Shown: piece by piece, positions 13,301 to 24,467 of the stretch
Layout: each line of letters opens with the position of its first letter
Position numbering within the stretch: the first letter of the stretch is position 1
Source: the human T2T-CHM13v2.0 reference genome, Homo sapiens
NCBI RefSeq assembly: GCF_009914755.1
Contig: NC_060937.1
Reading direction: 5' to 3' (one strand)
DNA: 64,000 bases
Program-made: the position numbers and the translations under genes
The notes under the pieces: model-generated
Databases searched by the model: none
What the model was told of the DNA's origin: nothing
What the model saw: the letters and a program-made list of their open reading frames with translations, nothing else

Positions 13301-16300
13301 AATGAAATATGAACTGAAATTGTGTCACTGTACTCCAGCCTGGGTGACAGAGTGAGATCCTCTCAAAACAAAGAAATGGAATTGATTGCAGTATAATGGA
13401 ATGTAATGGAATGGAGTAAAGTGAAATGGAGTGGAGTTGAGTGGAATGGAGTCTAATGGAACCGGATGGAATGGAGTGGAGTGGTGTGGAGTGCAATGGA
13501 ATGGAATTGAATGGAAAGGAGTGGAATGGATATGATGGAGTGGAGTAGAGTGGAAAGGAATGGAATGGAATGGAATGGAATGGAATGGAATGCAGTGGAA
13601 AGGAATGGTGAAATGAAATGTGAGCTGAGATTGTGCCACTGCACTCCAGGCTGGGAGACAGGATGAGATCCTGTAGAAAAAAAGGAATGGAATGGAATGC
13701 AGTGTCACAGAATAGAATGGAATATAGTGGAGTGGAATGGAGTGGAATGGAATGCGATGGACTGGAATGGAGTGTAGTGGTGTGGAGTGGACAGAAGTGG
13801 TAGGGAGTTGAATGGAATGGAGTGGAGTGGTGTGGAGTGGACTGGAGTGGAAGGGAGTTGAATTTAATGGGATGGAATGGAATGGAGTGGAGGGGAGTGG
13901 AGTGGAATAAAATGGAATGGAATGGAATGGAATGGAATGGAATGGAATGGAATGGAATGGAATGGAACGGTGAAATGAAATGTGAACTAAAATTCTGTTA
14001 CTGCACTCCAGCCTGGGTGACAGAGTGAGATCCTGTCAAAGGAAAGGAATGGAATGGAGTACAATGGAATGGAATGGAATGGAATGGAATAGAGTGGAGT
14101 GGAGTGGAATGGATTGGAATGTAATGTAATGGAATGACATGGAGTGGAGTGGCATGGTTTGGAATGGAGTGGAATGGAGTGCAATGGAATGGAGTGGAGT
14201 GGAGTGGAATGGAATGGAATGGAATGGAATGGAATAGAATGGAGTGGAATGTAATGGAGTGGAGTGTAGTGGATTGGGGTGGAGTGGATAAGAGTGGAAT
14301 GGAGTGGAATGGAGTGAAATGGAGTGGAGTTGACTGTAGTGGAGTGGAATGGAATGGAGTGGAATGGAAAGGAACGGAAAGAACTGGAACGGAACGGAAT
14401 GAAACGGAGTGAGTGGAGTGGAATGGAGTTGAGTGGAGATGATCGGAGTGTAGTTGCATGGAATGGAATGGAATGGAATGGAGTGGAGTGGAGTAGAGTG
14501 GAGTTTAGTTGATTGTAGTGGAATGGAGTGGAGTGAAGTGGAGAAGACTGCAGTGGAGTTGAGTGGCATGGAATGAAATTGAGTGGAATGGAGTGGAGAG
14601 GAATGGAATGGAATGGATCGGAATGCAATGGAATGGAATGGAACAGAACGGAATGGAGTAGAGTGGAGTGGAGTGGAGTGGAATGGAATGACATGGAATG
14701 GAATGGAATGCAATGGAATGGAAAGGGGAAATGAAATGTGAGCTAAGATTGTGCCACTGCACTCCTGTCTGGGTGACAGAGGAAGATCCAGTCGAAATAA
14801 TGGAATGGAAAGGAACGAAGTAGAATGGAATGGAATGGAGTGGACTGGAATGGAATGTAGTGGATTGGAGTAGAGTGGAGTGGAATGGAGTGGAGTGGAA
14901 TGGAGTGGAGAGGAGTGGAGTGGAATGCAGTGGAGTGGAATGGAAAGGAATGGAGTGGAAATGAATGAAATGGAGTGGAATGGATTGGAGTGGAGTGGAA
15001 TGGACTGCAGTGGAATGAAGTGTTGTGGAATGGAGTGGAATGGAGTGGAATGGACGGGAATGGAATTGAATGGAATGGAATGAAGTGCATTGGAATGTAA
15101 TGGAGTGGAGTGTAGTGGGTTGGAGTGGATTGGAGTGGAATGGAGTGCAGTAGAGTGAAATGGAGTGCAGTGGAAAGGAGGGTAGTGGAAAGGATTGGAG
15201 TGGAATGGAACAGAATAGAACAAAATGGAACGGAATGGAATAGAGCGGAGTGGAGTGGAGTTGAGTGGAGTGGATCAGAATGCATTGGAATAGAATGGAA
15301 TGAAATGGATGGAGTGGAGTGTAGAGTCGTGTAGTGGAGAGGAGTGGAGTGGAATGGAGTGGAGTGAAGTGGAGTGGAATGCAATGGAATGGAATAGAAT
15401 GAAATGGAAAGGAATGGTGAAATTAAATGTGAGCTAAGATTGTGCCACTGCACTCCAGTATGTGTGACAGAGTGAGATCCAGTCGAAATAAAGGAATGGA
15501 ACGAAATGGAGTATAATGGAATGGAATGGAGTGGAGTGGAATGGAATGGAGTGGAATCAAATGGAGTGGAGTGGAATGGAGTGGAGTGGAATGGAGTGGA
15601 GTGGAATAGAGTGGAATGGAGTGGAATGGAGTGAAATGGAATGCAGTGGACTGGAAGGAATGGAGTGGAATGGAGTGGAGTGGAGTCGAATGGAGTGGAG
15701 TGCTCTGAGTGTAATGGAGTGGAGTGGAATGGAATGGAGTGGAATGGAATGGAATGGTATGGACTGGAATGAAATGGAATGGAGTGGAATACAATCGAGT
15801 GGAGTGGAGTGGATTGGAGTGGAATGGAGTGGAGTGGAATGGAGTCGAATGGAGTGAAATGGAGTGGAGTGGAGTGGAGTGGAATGAAATGGAGTAGGAA
15901 TGGAATGGAATGGAATGGAATGGAACGGAATGGTGAAATGAAATGTGAGCTGAGATTGTGCCACTACACTCCAGCCTGGGTGACAGAGTGAGATCCTGTT
16001 GAAAGAAAGGAAAGTAATGTTATGGAGTGTACTGGAATTGAATGGAATGGAATGTAGTGGAGTGGAGTGGAGCGGAAAGGAGTGGAATGCAATGTGATGC
16101 AATGGAAAGGATCGGAGTGGAGTGGAGTGCAGTGGTATTGAGTGGAATGGAATGGGATGGAATGGAGAGGAGAGGAGAAAAGTGGAGTGGAGTGGAATGG
16201 AATGGAGTGGAGTGGAGTTTAGTGGATTGGAGTGGAATGGAATGGAAAGGTGAAATGAAATGTGAGCTCAGATTGTGCCACTGTACTCCAGCCTGTGTGA

Positions 16301-19300
16301 GACAGTGAGACCCTGTCGAAAGAAAGGGATGGAATGGAATGGAGTGGAATGGAAAGGAACGGAATTGAATGGAGAGGAGTGGGGTGGAGTGGAGTGGAAT
16401 GGAGTGGAATAGAATGGGATGGAAAGGAATGTAATGGTTTGGAGTGGAGTGGAGTTGAGTGATGTGGAATGGAGTGGAAAGGAATGGGATGGATTGGAAT
16501 GGAGAGGACTGGAGTGGAGTGGAATGGAATGGAATGGAATGGAATGGAGTGGAGTGGAATAGAGTGGAGTGCACTGGAGTGCAATGGAATGGAATGGTGA
16601 AATTAAATGTGAGCTGTGATTGTGCCACTGCACTCCAGCCTTGGTGACACAGTGAGATGCTGTCAAAAGAAAGGAATGGAATGGAATGCAGACGAGTAGA
16701 GTGGAGTGCAGTAGAATGGAGAGGAATGGAATGGATTGGAATGGGATGGGATGGAATTGAATGGAATGTAGTGGAGTGGAGTGGACTGGAATTGAAAGGA
16801 ATGAACTCGAATGTAATGGAATGGAGTGGAGTGGAGAGGAGTAGAGTGGAGTGGAATGGAATGGTTTCCAGTGGAATTGAATGGCGTGGAGGGTAGTGGA
16901 GTGAAGTATAGTGGAATGGAATGGAATTGAATGGGATTGAATGGAATGGAGTTGAGTGGTGTGGAGTGTACTGGAGTGTAAGGGAGTTGAATGGAATGGA
17001 TTAGAGTGGTGTGGAGTGGAATGGAGAGGAAGAGAGTTGAATGGAATGGGATGGAATGGAATGGAGTGGAGTGGAGTGGAATGGAATGGAATGGAATGGA
17101 ATGGAAATGAATGGAATGGAATGGAATGGAATGGAATGGAATGGAAATGAATGGAATGGAATGGAATGGAATGGAAATGAATGGAATGGAATGGAATGGT
17201 GAAATGAAATGTGAACTGAAATTGCGTTACTGCACTCCAGTCTGGGTGACAGAGTGAGATCCTGTCAAAAGAAAGGAATAAAATGGAATGGATTAGAATG
17301 GAACGGAATGGAATGGAATGGAATGGAACGGAATGGAATGGAACGGAATGGAATGGAATGGAGTGGAGTGGAGTGGAGTGGAATGGAGTGGAATGTAATG
17401 GGATGGAATGACATGGAGTGGAGTGGCATAGAGTGGAATGGAGTGGAGTGGAGTGTAATGGAATGGAATGGAATGGAGTGGGATGTATATAAGGGAGTGG
17501 AGTGGAATGGAATGGAATGAAATGGAATGGATTGGAATGCAGTAGAGTGAAATGGTGAAACGAAATATGAGCTGAGATTGTGCCACTGCACTCCATCCTG
17601 GGAGAGAGAGTGAGATCCTGTCAAAAGAAAGGAATGGAACGGAATGGAGTGCAATGGAACGGAATGGAGTGGAATGGAGTGGAGTGGAGTGGACTGGAGT
17701 GGAGAGGAGTGGAGTGGAGGGGAATGGAATGGTATGCAATGGATGGAATAGAATGGAATGGAGTGGAGAGGAGTGGAGTGGAGTGGAATGGAGTGGAATG
17801 GAATGGGATCGAATAGAGTGAATTGGAGTGGAGTGGAATGGAGTGGAATAGAATGGAATGGAATGGAATTTAATGGAATGGAATGGAAAGGAATGGAATG
17901 GATTGGAATTGTGAAATGAAATGTGAACTGAAACTTTGTCACTGCACTCCAGCCTGGGTGACAGAGTGAGATCCTCTCAAAACAAAGAAATGGAATTGAA
18001 TGGAGTATAACGGAATGTAATGGAATGGAGTAGAGTGAAATGGAGTGGAGTTGAGTGGAATGGAGTCTAATGGAACCGGATGGAATGGAGTGGAGTGGTG
18101 TGGAGTGCAGTGGAATGGAATTGAATGGAATGGAGTGGAAAGGAATGGAATGGAATACAGTGGAAGGGATTGGTGAAATGAAATGTGAGCTGAGATTGTG
18201 CCACTGTACTCCAGCCTGGGAGACAGTGTGAGATCCTGTAGAAAGAAAGGAATGGAACGGAATGGAGTGTAATGGAATGGAATGGAATGGAATGGAATGT
18301 AGTGGAACGGAATGGAATGGAGTGTAGTGGAATGGAATGGAATGGAGTGTAATGGAATGGAATGGAATGTAGTGGAATGGAATGGAGTGGAATGGAATGG
18401 GATGGAATGGAATGGAGTGCAGTGGTTTGGAGTGGACTGAAGTGGAAGGGAGTTGAATGGAATGGAGTGGAGTGGTGTGGAATGGACTGGAGTGGAAGGG
18501 AGCTGAATGGAGTGGGATGGATTGGAATGGAGTGGAGTGGAGTGAAGTGGGGTGGAATAGAATGGAATGGAATGGAATGGAATGGAATGGAATGGAATGG
18601 TGAAATGAAATGTGAACTGAAATTGTGTTGCTGCACTCCAGCCTGGGTGACAGAGTGAGATCCAGTCAAAAGAAAGGAATGGAATGGAATGGAGTAGAAT
18701 GGAATGGAATGGAGTGGAGTGGAGTGGAGTGGAATGGAGTGGAATGTAATGGGATGGAATGACATGGAGTGGAGTGGCGTGGATTGGAGTGGAGTGGAGT
18801 GGAGTGGAATGGAATAGAGTGGAATGGATATAGTGGTGTGGAGTGGAATGGAATGCAGTGGAATGGAATGGAATGGAATGGAATGCAGAAGAGTGGAGTG
18901 GAGTGGAATGGAATGTAATGGAATGGAAAGGAATGCAATGTAATGGAATGCAATGGAATGGTGAAATGAAATGTGAACTGAGATTGTGCCACTGTACTCC
19001 ATCTTGGGTGACAGAGTGAGATCCTGTCGAAAGAAAGGAATGGAATGGAAAGGAGTGTAGTGGAATGGAATGGAGTGGAGTTAAGTGGAGTGGATTGGCA
19101 TGAATAGAATGGGATGGAGTGGAATGGAATGGAGTGGATAGGAGTGGAGTGGAGTTGAGTGGAGTGGATTGGGGTGGATTGGAGTGGAATGGAATGGGAT
19201 GGAATGGAAAGGAGTGGATTGGAGTGGCGTGGAATGGAGTGGAATGGAATGGGATAGAATGGAATGGAGTGCAGTGGAGTGAAGTGGAGTGGAGTGGAGT

Positions 19301-22300
19301 GGAATGGAATGGAATTTAAAAGAATGGAATGGAATGAAAAGGAATGGAATGCTATGGTGAAATGAAATGTGAGCTGAGACTGTCCCACTGTACTCCATCC
19401 TGGGTGATAGAGTGAGATCCTGTCTTAAGAAAGGAAAGGAATGGAATGGATTGGAAAATAATGGAAAGGAATGGAATGTAGTGGAGTGGGTGGAGTGGAG
19501 TGGAGTGGACTGGAGTGGAGTAAAGTGGAGTGGAGGGGAATGGAGTGGAATAGAATGGGATGGACTGGAATGGAATGAAGTGGAGTGGAGTGGAGTCGAC
19601 TGGAGTGCAGAGAAGTGGAATGGAGTGGAATGGAAAGCAATGGAATGGACTCGAGTGTAGTGTAGTGGAGTGGAGTGGAATGGAGTGTAGTGGAATGCAA
19701 TGGAATAGAATGGAATAGAATGCGATGGAATGCAATAGAATAAAATGGTGAAATGAAATGTGAGCTGAGATTGTGCCATGGCACTCCAGCCGGGGTGTGA
19801 GAGTGAGATCCTGTCAAAAGAAAGGAAAGGAGTGGAAAGGAGTGGAATGGAATAGAATGGAGTGGAGTGGAGTGCAGTAGAGTGGAGTGGAATGGAATGG
19901 GATGGAGTGGAATAGAGTGGAGTGGAGTGAACAAGAGTGGACTGGATTGGATTAAAGTGCAGTGAAGTGGAGGGGAGTGGAGTGGAGGGGAATAGAGTGG
20001 AATAGAATGGGATGGATTGGAATGGAATGGAGTGGAGGTTAGTGGAGTGGAGTTGAGTGGAGTGCACTGGAGTGGAATGGAGTGGAATGGAATGGAATGG
20101 AATGGAGCCGAGTGGAGTGGAGTGTATTGGAGTGGAATGGAGTGGAGTGGAATTGAATAGAATGGAGCGGAGTTAAATGGAGTGAAGTGGAGTGGAATGG
20201 AATGGAATGGAATGGAATTGAACGGAATGGAAAGGAAAGGAATGCAATGGAATGGAATGGAGTGGAATGCAATGGAATGAAATGGAATAGAATGGTGAAA
20301 TGAAATGTGAGCTGAGATTGTGCCACAGCACTCCAACCTGGGTGTGACAGTGAGATCCTGTCGAAGGAAAGGAATGGAATGGAAGGGAATGGAATGGAAT
20401 GGAGTGGAGTGGAGTTGATGGGAGTGGAATAGAGTGGAATTGAATGGGATGGAGTGGAATGGAGTGGAGTGAAGTGGAGTGGAATGGAGTGGAATTGAAT
20501 GGGATGGAATGAAATGGAGTGGAGTGGAGTGGAATGGAATAGGATGGAACAGAATGGAGTGCATTGCAGTGGAGTGGAGAGGAGTGGAATGGAATGGAAC
20601 AGAGTGGAGTGGACTGGAGTGGAGTAGAATGGAATGGAATAGAATGGAATGGACTCGTGAAATGAAATATGAGCTGAAATTGTGCCACTGCACTCCAGCC
20701 TGGGTAACAGAGTGAGATTCTCTCAAAGAAAGGAATGGAATCAAATGGAGTGGATTGGAATGGAGTGGAATGGAGTGTAGTGGAGTGGAGTGGAGTTGAG
20801 TGGAGTGCACTGGAGTGGAGTGGAGTGCACTGGAGTGGAATGGAGTGGAATGGAATGGTGAAATGAAATTTGAGATGAGATTGTGCTACTGCACTCCAGC
20901 TTGTGTCACAGAGTGAGATCCTGTCAAAAGAAGGGAATGGATTGCAGTGAAGTGGAATTGAAAGAAATGGAATGGAATGGAATAGAATGGGATGGGATGG
21001 AATGGAATGGGATGGGATGGAATGGAATGGAATGGAATGGTATGGAATGGAATGGAGTGGAGTGGACTGGAGTGGTGTGGTATAGAATGGAATCTAATGG
21101 GACAGAATGTAATGGAATGGAGTGGAGTGGAGTGCAGTGGAGTGGAATGGAGTGGAATGGAATGGGATGGAGAGTATTGATGCGGAGTGGACAGGAGTGG
21201 AGTGGAGTGGACTGGAGTGGAAGGGAGTGGAGTGGAGTGGAGCAGAATGGAACAGAATGGAACGAAATGGAATGGAATGGTGAAATAAAATGTGAGCTGA
21301 GATTGTGCCACTGCACTCCAGCCAGGGTGACAGAGTAAGATCCTTTCAAAAGATAGGAAAGTAATGTAATGGATTGTATTGGAATTGAATGGAATGGAAT
21401 GCAGTGGAGTGGACTGGAGTGGAGTGGAATGGAGTGGAATGTAAAGTGATGCTATAGAAAGGATCAGAGTGGAGTGGAGTCGAATGGAATGGAATGGAAT
21501 AAGATGGAATGGAGAGGAGAGGAGAGGATTGGAGTGGAGTGGAATGGAATGGAATGGAATGGAGTGGAGTGGAGTTGAGTGGACTGGAGTGGAATGGAGT
21601 GTAATGGAATGGAAAGGTGAAATGAAATGTGAGCTCAGATTGTGCCACTGTACTCCAGCCTGTGTGACAGAGTGAGACCCTGTCAAAAGAAAGTGATGGA
21701 ATGGAATGGAGTGGAATGGAAAGGAATGGAATTGAATGGAGTGGAGTGTAGTGGAATGGAATGGAGTGGAATGGAGTGGAGTGGAGTGGAATGGAATGGA
21801 GTGGAATGGAGTGGAGTGGAGTGGAATGGAGTGGAATGGAATGGGATGGAAAGGAATGTAATGGTTTCAAATGGAGTGGAGTGATGTGGAATGGAGTGGA
21901 ATATAATGGGATGGATTGAATGGAGTGGAGTGGGATGGAATGGAGTGGAATGGAATGGAATGGAATGGAATGGAGTGGAGTGGAATGGAATGGAGTGGAG
22001 TGCACTGGAATGCAATGGAATGGAACGGAATGGAATGGAATGGTGAAATTAAATGTGAGCTGTGATTGTGCCACTGCACTCCAGCCTGGGTGGCAGAGTG
22101 AGATGCTGTCGAAAGAAAGGAATGCAATGGAATGGAATGGAATGGAGCGGAATGGAGAGGAGTGGTGTGGAGTGGAGTGGAGTGGAGTGGAGAGGAATGG
22201 AATGGAGTGGAATGGGATGGGAAGGAATTGAATGGAATATAGCGGAGTGGAGTGGAGTGGAATGGAATGGAATGGAATGGCGTGGAGTGGAGTGGAGTGG

Positions 22301-23735
22301 ATTGGAGTTAAATAGAATGGAATTGAATGCAATGGAATGGTGAAATGAAATGTGATCTGAGATTGTGCCACTACACTCCAGCCTCAGTGACAGAGTGACA
22401 CTCTTTCGAAGAAAACGAATGGAATGGAATGGAGTGGAATGGAATGGAATGGAGTGGAGAGTAGTGGAGTGGAGTGAAGTGGAGTGGAGAGGAATGGAAT
22501 ACTTTGGAGTGGAATTGAATGGAGTGGAGGGTAGTGGAGTGAAATGGATTGGAATGGAGTGGAATGGAATGGGCTGGAATGGAGTGGAGTGGTGTGGAGC
22601 GGACTGGAGTGGAATGGAATGGGTTGGAATGGAGTGGAGTGGTGTGGAGCGGACTGGAGTGGATGGGAGTTGAATGGAATGGAGTGGAGTGGTGTGGAGT
22701 GGACTGGAGTGGAAGGGAGTTTAATGGAATGGGATGGAATGGAATGGAGTGGAGTGGAGTTTAATAGAATGGGATGGAATGGAATTGAATGGAAAGGAAT
22801 GGAATGGAATGGAATGGAATGGTGAAATGAAATGTGAACTGAAATTGTGTTACTGCACTCCACCCTGGGTGACAGAGTGAGATCCTGTCAAAAGAAAGGA
22901 ATGGAATGGAATGGAGTAGAATGGAATGGAATGGAATGGAATGGAGTGAATTGGAGTGGAGTTTAGTGGAGTGGAGTGGAATGCTGTGGAATGGAATGGT
23001 ATGGAATGGAATGGAATGGCATGGAGTGGAGTAGAGTTGATTAGAGTGGAGTGGAGTGGAGTGGAATGGAGTGGAATACAATGGAATGGAGTGGAGTGGA
23101 TTGGAATGTAGAAGGGTGGACTGGAATGAAGTGGAATGGAACGGAATGGAATGGAATTGAATGGAATGGAGTGGAATGGAATGGAGTGGAATGGAATGGA
23201 ATGGAATGGAATGGAATGGAATGGAATGGTGAAATGAAATGTGAGCTGAGATAGTGCCGCTGCACTCCAGCCTGGGTGACAGAGTGAGATCCTGTTGAAA
23301 GAAAGGAATGGAATGGAATGGAATGGAATGGAATGGAATGGAATGGAATGGAATGGAGTGAAGTGGAGTGGAGTGGAGTGGAGAGGAATGGAGTGGAATG
23401 TGATAGGATGGATTGGAGTGGAATGGAGTAGAATGGACTGGACTGAGGTGGAGTGGATTGGAGTGGAATGGAGTGGAATGGAGTGGATGGAATGGAATGA
23501 AATGGATTGGAATGGAATTGAGTGGATTGAAGTGGAGTGGAGTGGAATGAAGTGCAGTGGAATGTTATGGAATGGAAATGAATGGAATGGAATGCAATGA
23601 AATATAATGGTGAAGTGAAATGTCAGCTGAGATTACTCCACTGCACTCCAGCCTGGGTGACAGAGTGATATCCTGTCGAAAGAAAGGAATGGAATGGAAT
23701 GGAATGGTGTGGAATGGAATGGAATGGAAGGGAGT

Positions 23736-23825
23736 GTAGTGTAGTGTAGTGTAGTGTAGTGTAGTGTAGTGTAGTGTAGTTTAGTGTAGTGTAGTGTAGT
23801 GTAGTGTAGTGTAGTGTAGTGTAGT
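23736..23825 (+). repeat. (GTAGT)n microsatellite, ~18 copies, within the pentamer satellite
   Basis: Nearly pure gtagt run with one ttagt variant, in phase with the surrounding 5-bp register. Confidence 0.95.
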
Positions 23826-24467
23826 GGAATGGAGTGTAGTGTAGTGCAGTGTAGTGGAGTGGAGTGGAGTTTAATGCAATGGGATGGAATGGAAGGGAGT
23901 GGAGTGGAGTGGAATGCAATGTAGTGAAAGGGAGTGTGATGGATTGGAATGGAGTGGATTGCAGTGGAGCGGAGTGTAGTGGAATGGAATGGAATGGAGT
24001 GGAATGGAATTGAATGGAATGCAATGGAATGGAATGGCGTGGAATGAATTGGAATGGAATGGTGAAATGAAATGTGAGCTGAGATTGTGCTACTTCACTC
24101 CAGGCTGGTTGACAGGGTGAGATATTGTCAAAAGAAAGGAGTGGAGTGGAGTGGAGTTGAATGCAATGGGATGGAATGGAATGGAGTGGAGTGGAGTCGA
24201 GTAGAGTGGTTTGGAGTGGAATGGAATGGAATAGAATGGAAAGGAATGGAATGCAATGGAATGGAATGGAAAGGTGAAATGTAATGCGAGCTGAGATTGT
24301 GCCACTGCACTGCAGCCTGGGTTACAGAGTGAGATCCTGTCGAAAGAAATGAATGTAATGGAATGGAGTGGAATGTAATGGAATGGAATGTAATGGAGTG
24401 GGGTGGAGTGCAGTGGAGTGAGGTGGAGTGGAATGGAATGGGACAGAATGGAATGCAGTGGAGTGGA

